Source of the DNA: Selaginella moellendorffii
Taxonomy: Eukaryota; Plantae; Lycopodiophyta
Assembly (NCBI RefSeq): GCF_000143415.4
Contig: NW_003314380.1
Span: 289,227-353,226, forward strand
Direction of reading: 5' to 3'
Length of the DNA: 64,000 nucleotides
The stretch's first letter is position 1; every line of letters begins with the position of its first letter. Made by a program: the position numbers and the translations under genes. Positions 1-12,449 of this stretch are shown here, one piece after another. Below the pieces are notes generated by a model. The model saw only the letters and a list, made by a program, of their open reading frames with translations. It was not told where the DNA came from and searched no databases.

Positions 1-100
1 TGGGCGGACAAGTTATCACATCAAGCAATCACCATGATGCCAAAGGTAAAAGGCACTCCCTACTCTTTGGTTTCCAAGGTCAGGGAGGAAGCTAAGATAG

Positions 101-2185
101 ATGAGCCCCCTGAGCCCAAGGTTTCTCCATGCCATTTTCCTAGGTGATGACAAGGACCCGGTCTTTATCGCTACATCGCTTGCTTCAACAAACGCAGCAA
201 AGTTCTTGGATCTCCTTCACTATTTCAAGGACGTGTTTGCTTGGGACTACAACCAGCTTCTAGGAGTTCCCATGGACACAATCATGCATAGTATTGTGCT
301 TTCAAAGACAACGAAACCAGTCCATCAAAAGATGCAGCATTTCAGCCCAGCAGCTCACTCCGAGATGAAGTTGGAGATCGAGCGACTTCTGGCAGCCAGC
401 TTTATTTACCCTTTGGAGAGCTCAGAGTGGGTGGCCAATCTTGTTCCTGCATGCAAGGCAAATGGAAAACTCCGCCTGTGCGTTGATTTTCAAGACTTGA
501 ACAAGGCAACTGTGAAAGATCACTTTCTGACTCCATTTATCGATGCGATTGTGGATGAGATGGCTGGACACCATTACTACTCTTTTATGGGTGGATTTTC
601 AAGGTAAAACCAGATCTTCATTCATCCCAATCATCAAGATCTTATGGCCTTCCAGACACCTTGGGGTGTCTTTGCTTTCAATGTCCTCTCGTTTGGCTTG
701 TATAATGCCGGAGCTACTTTTTAGCGCTTTATGACTCATGCCTTTCATGACTTGATTGGAGGTGACTTAAGGGTGTATATGGATGATCTATGCATGAACT
801 CTGACTCCTTTGAGGACCACCTTGTGCACTTGGAGCACATCTTCACTCGCTGTCGACAACATAGGTTTTCATTGAACCTGGCAAAGTGTAAATTTGGGGT
901 GACTGAAGGCCGGTTATTAGGCTTTGATGTCTCGCAGGAGGATCAAGCCCCAGGTAGCCCAGGCTCAAGAGATTCTGGATCAGAACCCACCAACCAACGT
1001 GAAGCAACTTCACAGCTTCCTTGGGCAAACAGGTTTCTTTCGCCATTTCCTCCACAACTATGTTGCACGTTCATGGCCTTTGATAGCTCTACTACAAGAC
1101 TACGTTCTATTTTTCTGGGGTGAGTCCCAGCAACAAGCCTTTGAATCACTTAAGCAATCACTCCACATGGCCCCAGTACTCCAACCACAAGAGCAACAAC
1201 TTCCTTTTGGCATCTACATCACAATGGGTACAGAGGCTTTTGGAGTATGCCTTTGCCAATGTTCATAGCCTGGCAAGCCACCACATGCAACATACTATGC
1301 CTCGTGGATGAGGAAAAAAAGCAATGGCTGTTGTTTACACCTTGGAGTGATTTCATCACTTTCTCGCTGGAGCCTGTATCCATTTCCATGTCTATTTTAA
1401 TGTGCTAACCTTTTTTTTACAGCGACCGGTTCACAGTCCTCATACTTTATCTTGGATTGTGACCATCCAAAAGTTTCAGCCAAGTTTTCACATGTAGTAG
1501 AAGCGTGTGATGGATTCGACTGAGTTCCTGGTTGCTAAAGCTACTTCCTTTGTGGTCCCAGCAGCATTACAAGACATTGCGGTGTACCTGGATTCAGGTC
1601 AGTTCCCAGTAGATTCCTCACCAGTACAACAAAAGGCATTGGAGATCTTGGCACGACGATTTTGCCTTCTCGACAGACACCTTTACAAGAGGAATTCTCA
1701 AGAAGTTTTGTTGCGGTGTGTGGGGGAACACGAGGTTCTTGAGCTCCTTAGCGCTTTCCACTTTTGTGTGGGGCATTTCTCAAGATAGGTCACAACACAG
1801 CTCCTCTTACGCCATGGCTACTTTTAGCCTTGGATTCACTAGGACAACTTGGCCTACGCAAAGGCATGTGAGCAGTGCCAACAGTTCAACCCCCGAAGCC
1901 ATGTTCCACGTCTTCCTTTCCAACTTATTACTTTTCCAGTGGGGACTTGTCTTCGTCGGCCCAATCAACCCACCGAGTTCAAAAGGACAACGATACATCA
2001 TTGTGGCGATGGACTATTTCACAAAATGGGTCGAGGCCACCCCTCTACGACTGGTAGATCAACAGTTTACAACAAAGTTTGTCTACGAGTACATCATTTT
2101 CCGATTCAGAGTTCCTGCTGTTTTGGATTCCGATCGTGGCAGCAGCGTCCTTGGACAGGTGATGCAGCATCTTCTCCATTTTTAG
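101..2185 (+). mobile_element. Degenerate Ty3/Gypsy pol (RT, RNase H, partial integrase), non-chromovirus Athila/Tat-like
   Basis: RT motifs KDVFAW, SEWVANLVP..NGKLRLCVDFQDLNKAT.KDHF, YMDDL and LNLAKCKFG; QLHSFLGQTGFFRHF; integrase WG...VGPINPPSS.GQRYIIVAMDYFTKWVEA and SDRGS. Several frameshifts and stops; integrase is truncated near 2185. Confidence 0.93.
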
Positions 2186-2592
2186 ACCATACCACGGACA
2201 CACATATGTGCACTAGCAGCAAATGACACCACTTCATTTGGATGTGCCATTTCCAAGATATCCTTACAACCATTTGCCGACAACGCACTAGCTTTTCTAG
2301 AGCAACTTTCTTCCAACCAAGTGAACCTGTTCACTCAAGGCACCTAGGTGGATCTTTAGGCGAGGCCACAGAAGCTGAAGCCACTTTTTTTTGCTCTAGC
2401 ACTCAATGGATACATGCCACCTCCCTTTACCGACAACCTAGTGACTACAACATCCTTTTCAGCTGCTAACTTTTTTAGTCTGACACATCAGATTGGCCAC
2501 CTTCTTAGAGTGCCACCCCATCTCAGTGCTCCACCATATTGCTCCACCATATCGGTGCTGGAGCAGGCGCAGGAGTAGGAGCGAGAGCAGGT

Positions 2593-2662
2593 GGTTACCG
2601 GTTACAGGTTACAGATCCCTAGTTATTGGTTACTAGTTACTGATTACCAGTTACTGGTTACT
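2593..2662 (+). repeat. 7-bp minisatellite (G/A)GTTAC(C/A/T), about 10 degenerate copies
   Basis: ggttacc ggttaca ggttaca gatccct agttatt ggttact agttact gattacc agttact ggttact. Confidence 0.8.
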
Positions 2663-3317
2663 CCGAGTGGTCAACGCTTAATCTACAGGCCAATGGTTAT
2701 CAATGGCCACATTTTCAAAGTGCCACCACCATCTTGGCGCTCCACCATATCACTCCATCTTTTATCATTTCCACATTTACCACCCTTGGGCAATGCATCC
2801 CCTCTTCTACCTTTCTTTCTTTCTAGATTTCGGCCAATCCTTGGAGCATACCGGAAGTTATCAAGAGGTTGCATTTGCATATTACATTTTCTTGAGCCGA
2901 AATCCAAGTATAGGTTAAGTTCTTTGGGTGCTCACTCTTTTTCCTCTATTTTCCTCCTCTTTTCACACTTTTTTTACACTTTTCTTCAACTTCAGGGTCT
3001 AGTTTGAATACAGGGTTTCCCACCAGGTTTTCCTCCCTATCTCCAAACTTCACACTTACCTCTTTTCTTTCTTTTCCAGTTTGTTTTCTAGAGTTTCTAC
3101 AATTTCCCGCAGTTACCAGCACTTGGCATCAATAGTAAAGGTACACTCTACACTCTTAGGAGGGTTCTCGCACGTCTAGAGGTAGTGCAATCCACTGTGG
3201 TCACATGTTAGGGCGTGGCCACCAAGAGAGTGAGACAAAGAGAGAGAATATTTTGGTCCTCAGAATATTCCCCATCTTCCTTGTATAAAACCCTTGCCCC
3301 ACACGGGGGGGGGGGGG

Positions 3318-6300
3318 CATTTTGCATACAGCATTGAAGCATTTCTTGTGTTTGAGCGAGTGTTGGGGGAGGAACCCCTCCTTCCCTCAATAGTAGAGGA
3401 TGGCAATGGCCAGGACGGCAATGGAAGTGAAGGCCAGGATGAGAACAGTGGCCAGAACAGTGGCTAGGATGAGGGTGGAGGCAAGAGTGAAGAGAGTGAA
3501 GAAACTGAAGAACAACAAGAAGAAGAAGAGGATTGTGGAGTTGGTGAGTTTGAAGTGGTAGTGGTGTTTCAGGGGGCACCTACTGGAATTGGCATTATGC
3601 AAGATGGGATCCTCCAGTTAGCAAGATCAACTCACTCGAGATTTGCATTGTTGGCGTCCATGGTGATCCGCTTTAAGATCGAGAATGGTTGGGATGCAAT
3701 GGAGATGAGCATTGTACTCAAATGCAGCTTCGAGACATCTGGGAGGTGTATCGCAAATGACAACTGAGTTAGTGTACTTCATGACAACCTTTTGATGAAG
3801 TTTGGTGTTAGAGATTCTACTGCTATGGCAACACTATTGGACACAACGGTGTTTCATGACACTCATGATAAATCTGTGACGAGTATATCCTCAACTGCGA
3901 CAAGCAATGATCGCTTGCTAGGCATGTGAATGCAAGGTGGTTATTTGCGGCTAGGGGCATCTGGGGCTCTAGAAGGAAGAGCTGAGTTCAAGGCCTCCAC
4001 TGTCTCGACAGAGGCTGCTGAATCAAGCTCCTCTATTAAACTGGTTGGTATTGCTAATACCACATTTAGCATGCATGAGGTGTCCAAGAAGTTGATTGGG
4101 AAAATGGCCTTTGTGGCAAATCACAAAAGGCTAGCTCTGTCATCATGCGTTGGTATGCCATGGTTTGCCCTTACTACAACAAAGGTTGGAGAGTACTTTG
4201 ACGAAGAACCACATTTTGCATAAAGCATTGAAGCATTTATCGTGTTTGAGCAAGCGTTGGGGGAGGAACCCTTCCTTCCCTCAATAGTAGAGGATGGCAA
4301 TGGCCGGGACGGCGATGGAAGTGAAGGCCAGGATGAGAACGGTGGCCAGAACAGTGGCCAAGATGAGGGTGGAGGCAAGAGTGAAGAGAGTGAAGAAACT
4401 GAAGAAGAAGAAGAAGAGGATTGTGGAGTTGGTGAGTTTGAAGTGGTAGTGGTGTTTCAGGGGGCACCTACTGGAATTGGCATTATGCAAGATGGGATCC
4501 TCCAGTTAGCAAGATCAACTCACTCGGGACTTGCATTGTTGGCGTCCATGGTGATCCGCTTTAAGATCGAGAATGGTTGGGATGCAATGGAGATGAGCAT
4601 TGTACTCAAAGGCGGCTTTGAGATATCTGGGAGGTGTATCGCAAATGACGACTGAGTTGGTGTACTTCATGACAACCTTTTGATGGAGTTTGGTGTTAGA
4701 GATTCTACTGCTATGGCAACACTATTGGACACAACGGTGTTTCATGACACTCATGATAAATCTGTGACAAGTATACCCTCGACTACGACAAGCAATGATC
4801 GCTTGCTAGGCATGTGAATGCAAGGTGGTTATTTGCGGCTAAGGGCATCTGGGGCTTTAGAAGGAAGAGCTGAGTTCAAGGCCTCCACTGTCTCGACAGA
4901 GGCTGCTGAATCAAGCTCCTCTATTAAACTGGTTGGTATTGCTAATACCACATTTAGCATGCATGAGGTGTCCAAGAAGCTGATTGGGAAAATGGCTTTT
5001 GTGGCGAATCACAAAAGGCTAGCTCTGTCATCATGCATTGGTATGCCATGGTTTGCCCTTACTACAACAAAGGTTGGAGAGTACTTTGACAAAGAACCAC
5101 ATTTTGCATAAAGCATTGAAGCATTTATCGTGTTTGAGCAAGCGTTGGGGGAGGAACCCCTCCTTCCCTCAATAGTAGAGGATGGCAATGGCCGGGATGG
5201 CAATGGAAGTGAAGGCCAAGATGAGAACGGTGGCCAGAACAGTGGCCAAGATGAGGGTGGAGGCAGGAGTGAAGAGAGTGAAGAAACTGAAGAAGAAGAA
5301 GAAGAGGATTGTGGAGTTGGTGAGTTTGAAGTGGTAGTGGTGTTTCAGGGGGCGCCCGCTGGAATTGGCATTATGCAAGATGGGATCCTCCAGTTAGCAA
5401 GATCAACTCACTCGGGACTTGCATTGTTGGCGTCCATGGTGATCCGCTTTAAGATCGAGAATGGTTGGGATGCAATGGAGATGAGCATTGTACTCAAAGG
5501 CGGCTTCGAGACATCTGGGAGGTGTATCGCAAATGACGACTGAGTTGGTGTACTTCATGACAACCTTTTGATGAAGTTTGGTGTTAGAGATTCTACTGCT
5601 ATGGCAACACTATTGGACACAACGGTGTTTCATGACACTCATGATAAATCTGTGACGAGTATATCCTCAACTGCGACAAGCAATGATCGCTTGCTAGGCA
5701 TGTGAATGCAAGGTGGTTATTTGCGGCTAGGGGCATCTGGGGCTCTAGAAGGAAGAGCTGAGTTCAAGGCCTCCACTGTCTCGACAGAGGCTGCTGAATC
5801 AAGCTCCTCTATTAAACTGGTTGGTATTGCTAATACCACATTTAGCATGCATGAGGTGTCCAAGAAGTTGATTGGGAAAATGGCCTTTGTGGCAAATCAC
5901 AAAAGGCTAGCTCTGTCATCATGCGTTGGTATGCCATGGTTTGCCCTTACTACAACAAAGGTTGGAGAGTACTTTGACGAAGAACCACATTTTGCATAAA
6001 GCATTGAAGCATTTATCGTGTTTGAGCAAGCGTTGGGGGAGGAACCCTTCCTTCCCTCAATAGTAGAGGATGGCAATGGCCGGGACGGCGATGGAAGTGA
6101 AGGCCAGGATGAGAACGGTGGCCAGAACAGTGGCCAAGATGAGGGTGGAGGCAAGAGTGAAGAGAGTGAAGAAACTGAAGAAGAAGAAGAAGAGGATTGT
6201 GGAGTTGGTGAGTTTGAAGTGGTAGTGGTGTTTCAGGGGGCACCTACTGGAATTGGCATTATGCAAGATGGGATCCTCCAGTTAGCAAGATCAACTCACT

Positions 6301-9300
6301 CGGGACTTGCATTGTTGGCGTCCATGGTGATCCGCTTTAAGATCGAGAATGGTTGGGATGCAATGGAGATGAGCGTTGTACTCAAATGCAGCTTCGAGAC
6401 ATCTGGGAGGTGTATCGCAAATGACAACTGAGTTAGTGTACTTCATGACAACCTTTTGATGAAGTTTGGTGTTAGAGATTCTACTACTATGGCAACACTG
6501 TTGGACACAACGGTGTTTCATGACACTCATGATAAATCTGTGACGAGTATATCCTCAACTGCGACAAGCAATGATTGCTTGCTAGGCATGTGAATGCAAG
6601 GTGGTTATTTGCGGCTAGGGGCATCTGGGGCTCTAGAAGGAAGAGCTGAGTTCAAGGCCTCCACTGTCTCGACAGAGGCTGCTGAATCAAGCTCCTCTAT
6701 TAAACTGGTTGGTATTGCTAATACCACATTTAGCGTGCATGAGGTGTCCAAGAAGTTGATTGGGAAAATGGCTTTTGTGGCGAATCACAAAAGGCTAGAT
6801 CTGTCATCATGCGTTGGTATGCCATGGTTTGCCCTTACTACAACAAAGGTTGGAGAGTACTTTGACGAAGAACCACATTTTGCATAAAGCATTGAAGCAT
6901 TTATCGTGTTTGAGCAAGCGTTGGGGGAGGAACCCTTCCTTCCCTCAATAGTAGAGGATGGCAATGGCCGGGACGGCGATGGAAGTGAAGGCCAGGATGA
7001 GAACGGTGGCCAGAACAGTGGCCAAGATGAGGGTGGAGGCAAGAGTGAAGAGAGTGAAGAAACTGAAGAAGAAGAAGAAGAGGATTGTGGAGTTGGTGAG
7101 TTTGAAGTGGTAGTGGTGTTTCAGGGGGCACCTACTGGAATTGGCATTATGCAAGATGGGATCCTCCAGTTAGCAAGATCAACTCACTCGGGACTTGCAT
7201 TGTTGGCGTCCATGGTGATCCGCTTTAAGATCGAGAATGGTTGGGATGCAATGGAGATGAGCATTGTACTCAAAGGCGGCTTCGAGACATCTGGGAGGTG
7301 TATCGCAAATGACGACTGAGTTGGTGTACTTCATGACAACCTTTTGATGAAGTTTGGTGTTAGAGATTCTACTGCTATGGCAACACTATTGGACACAACG
7401 GTGTTTCATGACACTCATGATAAATCTGTGACGAGTATATCCTCAACTGCGACAAGCAATGATCGCTTGCTAGGCATGTGAATGCAAGGTGGTTATTTGC
7501 GGCTAGGGGCATCTGGGGCTCTAGAAGGAAGAGCTGAGTTCAAGGCCTCCACTGTCTCGACAGAGGCTGCTGAATCAAGCTCCTCTATTAAACTGGTTGG
7601 TATTGCTAATACCACATTTAGCATGCATGAGGTGTCCAAGAAGCTGATTGGGAAAATGGCTTTTGTGGCGAATCACAAAAGGCTAGCTCTGTCATCATGC
7701 ATTGGTATGCCATGGTTTGCCCTTACTACAACAAAGGTTGGAGAGTACTTTGACGAAGAACCACATTTTGCATAAAGCATTGAAGCATTTATCGTGTTTG
7801 AGCAAGCGTTGGGGGAGGAACCCTTCCTTCCCTCAATAGTAGAGGATGGCAATGGCCGGGATGGCAATGGAAGTGAAGGCCAGGATGAGAACGGTGGCCA
7901 GAACAGTGGCCAAGATGAGGGTGGAGGCAGGAGTGAAGAGAGTGAAGAAACTGAAGAAGAAGAAGAAGAGGATTGTGGAGTTGGTGAGTTTGAAGTGGTA
8001 GTGGTGTTTCAGGGGGCGCCCGCTGGAATTGGCATTATGCAAGATGGGATCCTCCAGTTAGCAAGATCAACTCACTCGGGACTTGCATTGTTGGCGTCCA
8101 TGGTGATCCGCTTTAAGATCGAGAATGGTTGGGATGCAATGGAGATGAGCATTGTACTCAAAGGCGGCTTCGAGACATCTGGGAGGTGTATCGCAAATGA
8201 CGACTGAGTTGGTGTACTTCATGACAACCTTTTGATGGAGTTTGGTGTTAGAGATTCTACTGCTATGGCAACACTATTGGACACAACGGTGTTTCATAAC
8301 ACTCATGATAAATCTGTGACGAGTATATCCTCAACTGCGACAAGCAATGATCGCTTGCTAGGCATGCGAATGCAAGGTGGTTATTTGCGGCTAGGGGCAT
8401 CTGGGGCTTTAGAAGGAAGAGCTGAGTTCAAGGCCTCCACTGTCTCGACAGAGGCTGTTGAATCAAGCTCCTCTATTAAACTGGCTGGTATTGCTAATAC
8501 CACATTTAGCGTGCATGACGTGTCCAAGAAGCTAATTGGGAAAATGGCTTTTGTGGCAAATCACAAAAGGCTAGCTCTGTCATCATGCGTTGGTATGCCA
8601 TGGTCTGCCTTTACTACAACAAAGGTTGGAGAGTACTTTGACAAAGAACATCATTTTGCATAGAGTATTGAAGCATTTATCGTGTTTGAGCCAGCGTTGG
8701 GGGAGGAAGCCCTCCTTCCCTCAACAGTAGAGGATGGCAATGGCCGGGACGGCAATGGAAGTGAAAGCCAGGATGAGAATGGTGGCCAGAATAGTGGCCA
8801 AGATGAGGGTGGAGGCAAGAGTGAAGAGAGTGAAGAAACTGAAGAAAAAGAAGAGGATTGTGGAGTTGGTGAGCTTGAAGTGGTAGTGGTGTTTCAGGGG
8901 GCACTTGCTGGAACTGGCATTATGCAAGATGGGATCCTCCAGTTAGCAAGATCAACTCACTCGGGATTTGCATTATTGGCGTCCATGGTGATCCGCTTTA
9001 AGATCGAGAATGGTTGGGATGCAATGGAGATGAGCGTTATACTCAAAGGCAGCTTCGAGACATCTGGGAGGTGTATCGCAAATGACAACTGAGTTAGTGT
9101 ACTTCATGACAACCTTTTGATGGAGTTTGGTGTTAGAGATTCTACTGCTATGGCAACACTATTGGACACAACGGTGTTTCATGACACTCATGATAAATCT
9201 GTGACAAGTATATCCTTGACTGCAACAAGCAATGATCGCTTGCTAGGCATGCAAATGCAAGGTGGTTATTTGCAGCTAGGGGCATCTAGGGCTCTAAAAG

Positions 9301-9534
9301 GAAGAGCTGAGTTCAAGACCTCCACTGTCTCGATAGGGGCTGCTGAATCAAGCTCCTCTATTAAACTGGCTGGTATTGCTAATACCACATTTAGCGTGCA
9401 TGAGGTGTCCAAGAAGCTGATTGGGAAAATGGCCTTTGTGGTGAATCACAAAAGGCTAGCTCTGTCAGCATGCGTTGGTATGCCATGGTCTGCCCTTACT
9501 ACAACAAAGGTTGGAGAATACTTTGACGAAGAAC
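3318..9534. repeat. Tandem array of seven ~888-bp units
   Basis: Unit start CATTTTGCAT at 3318, 4212, 5100, 5988, 6876, 7764 and 8652. Spacing is 888 bp; the first unit is +6 bp and the last -3 bp in a GAA tract. Near-identical ORFs recur in the ORF track. Confidence 0.98.
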
Positions 9535-10063
9535 TTGGCATGGGATGGCCAGCTAAAGTCGTAGGAAAGGGAACATATATGCTCTAGGGAGGAGGCATAT
9601 ATCCTTATTCCTTTGGCATGGAGAGAAGTGTAGCTGAATGCTCCGATTCGATAGTCTCTGGAAAACAGAGATACAATGCTATCGTCATGGTTAATCATGA
9701 TATCAAGTGGGATGGCGAGTGAGCAGCATGTCGGTAAAGTTGTCTGTGCGTCTCTTTGGTTCTTACATTGAGGTTTTTTCAGGCAGGTGGTTGGCACTGA
9801 GCGAGAAAGCTGGCTCTTTTGGTGTTGGAGGCGACAACGAAGAGGGTGACAGTGGTTGGAGAGAAAGTAAAAGATCACCTAAGAAAGATTTAGAGTGAGC
9901 TTTAGCTGTCCTGGAATTTTGGTTGTTTTGTAATGGCTCAAAGAACTTTTGTACCTTTCTTTGCAAACACTTGAAATGCGTGTCAAGGACAAACCTATAC
10001 CGGAGAAAAGCTTTCGTCAAAGAACGCTGCATGCCTCTCTGACATCTTGTCACACAGCTTTGA

Positions 10064-10384
10064 CTATCGGAAAGTCTCAACTTCTCCTTCCAGATAGCGT
10101 TGCCTCAAGAGGTTGAGCCCCTTGATGCCGCATAACCCAAACACTTCGAAGTCGGACTGTACGTACTGGACCATCATCTCCCCCAGGCCCGCCAAGAGCA
10201 TACGATCCTCTACTTCCTGTTCACTGGCTTCAGCGATCGCAATGAGAATGTCCATCGCACTGCTTCCCACAAAGTTCCGTGCAGTCTTTGAAGAAGGATC
10301 CAGCAGTTTAACCAGGCCACCGCACCGACCCAAGACCTTCACCATGCTCGAGCTTGATCCCGCGAGAAGCATCCACAGTTGCAT
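10064..10384 (-). pseudogene. Possible helical-repeat (ARM-like) gene fragment
   Basis: ORF reads GGLVKLLDPSSK...AMDILIAIAEASEQEVEDRMLLAGLGEMMVQ, which resembles an ARM-type amphipathic pattern. No full gene is visible. Confidence 0.3.
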
Positions 10385-10482
10385 CCACGAGAGCGATGCA
10401 CAGCGTGCTACTCACCTGCAACCCGTGCCTGGCCGAGGTGGCAGTACTCATCAGGGTGGCACCGCGTCGCTGATGTGGAAGG

Positions 10483-10760
10483 GCCTGCAGCCACGGCGGC
10501 ATGACTGCCAAGGCCGTGGAGTTCTTCGTCTCGATGATCCACAACTACCAAATTGGCGACCACTGCTCTTGCATGGAGAATCTCCTCGGACAGAAGGATT
10601 CATTCGCAAGATGCCATTTCATGCTGCAGCGTTGGTGTGGATGACGCTGCTGGGAGCTTGTAGAACTCGAACAAAGGAGGCCAGTGATCAGGTATCTGAT
10701 TTCAACCCCGAGCACGCACAGAGTTATATAGTGCTCTCCAATGTCTATGTAGAGAACTAA
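10483..10760 (+). pseudogene. PLS-class PPR gene C-terminal remnant (last repeats plus E domain), frameshifted and deleted
   Basis: ACSHGGMTAKAVEFFVSMIHNYQIGDHCSCMENLLG, then a frameshift into FIRKMPFHAAALVWMTLLGACR...FNPEHAQSYIVLSNVY, the typical PPR E-motif. Confidence 0.88.
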
Positions 10761-12449
10761 ACAAGAACGAACAAGTTGCTTAGCTCAATAAGAAGTACCT
10801 GTCAGAGCGTCATAGGCTTGTTTGCCCATTGATGCACTGAGCAGATTCATCCAGAGGAGTGTTTCATCTTGAAATGGATCTGATTGTCTTGAGGTCCCGA
10901 ATCTGCCATACAATTGCATTGGAGAAAAGGGTAGGAATTTAAAGAGGAGGAACGAAGGTTAGGCTTCTAGGGCAATGAGTATATAAACTAGGTTTTTGGG
11001 TTTATTGATACGCCCATTTCCATATTCAATTTCCATATTCTATGCACTCATATTATAGAGGTGAGGGGTAATTTTGATTATCCTTGAGAAGTGACTGGAT
11101 TTGGGATTTTAGTTTAGATTTAAATTTTGCATTGTCTAAATCTCTTTTTCCTTATAATTTTTTAAATTTTTTCTCTTTTACTTTTTCCTTTTCATTCATC
11201 TTCATAGTAGAGTAACAACCTCTTCCTCTTTTAACTTTGGAGTAACAATTGGTGTAATTGTTCAATGCTATATAGTTGTAATTGAACAATCAAACTCAAA
11301 TGATAGTGCCATTCATGACATATGATATAGTTCTTTTTGCTCTTGTTGCCAATTCTTGTGTCTGGTTGGAGTTCTTCCATGAGAATCCTAAAGATAATGT
11401 GTACCATTAGTTCAATCAATTTACGATGATTATCATATATCATTTTTTGGATGATGCTTAGTGTTTATATGAGTTTCCCATGTATTTCTAAGGGACAACA
11501 CTGTAGTGGTATAATAGTTTAAGTGCAATCATTTATGCAGATTGGAGCATTCTCCCAGATACTTTCAAATGCATATTCAGACATATCAAAGATTGTGTTG
11601 ATGCTTTTTAATAATTACATCATTTTTATTAAAGGCCATTTGAGTTAGTGATGCAATTTGGTGTTTGTTTCTGAAGTCTTTTGCTTCGTGCAGAGCCAAA
11701 TATGTCAGAGTAGATCAAATTAGGAATGTTATAGTGAACATTTTGTTAAAATTTTGTAAAACTTGTGTATACACTTATTCTAGCCACTTTTGATAATATA
11801 TGAGATGTTACCTCTTCCATTTTTCAATGTATGTCCTTCAGCTCCATTTCATATGGGAGATGGTCTTGTTCTAATGGAGGTTCTAGTGGATGTGGTTGTG
11901 GCCTTGATATCCATTATTGGGCATATAATAAAGTTGATCATACTTATCAATGTTGGTATTTTCTAAATTGATAACTTGTATTTCTTAAGTGGAGTTTTAT
12001 GTGTAGCATTAGTAATTTTCACTCTTTATCCTATAGTGACTTATTATTACCATATGATAACCACAAAGTAGAATTTAAACTCCTCATGTGCCATATGTTA
12101 TATACTATGTGTCTAAAGACAATGGAATGAAACCCAAATTTTAAAACCTTAAGCCACTGAATGAAAGAATAAAGCCAAACTCCAAAACTTACACTTAAGG
12201 AGTGAAAGAATTGGAGCACAAAACAACTCCTCATACATTCAGCCCAAAGAACAAAGAAATAGAAATATAGAATGACATTGAAACAATTTTAAAGCTTTTA
12301 ACATCCAGAATCAACACATAAAATAAAGCCAAATAGAGTATAATGGTATTTTAGCATACCAGTGAAAGATAAGTGATAAATAATTAATTATTTATTGATG
12401 GCAAACATATATGAATAAGAGTCAATAAGAATGATTTACTTTGGTATGC

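Noticed and set aside
3124-3135. TGGCATC as a PBS (also at about 53890 on the minus strand)
   Set aside because: Too short to assign to a tRNA, and I could not delimit a matching LTR.
3206-3317. TGT...ACA-bounded ~98-bp segment with TATAAAA and an adjacent poly-G, as a mini-LTR or PPT
   Set aside because: No second copy, PBS or TSD in the window.
4195-4245. MLYAKCGS on the minus strand resembles the PPR motif MYAKCGS
   Set aside because: It spans the monomer junction of the array, and no further PPR periodicity is present.
3318-9534. CRISPR array or rDNA/5S/tRNA tandem array
   Set aside because: No short repeat-spacer structure, no rRNA or tRNA motifs recognised, and the context is eukaryotic.
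10800-12440. AT-rich tract as a decayed DNA transposon
   Set aside because: No recognisable transposase motif or terminal repeats.
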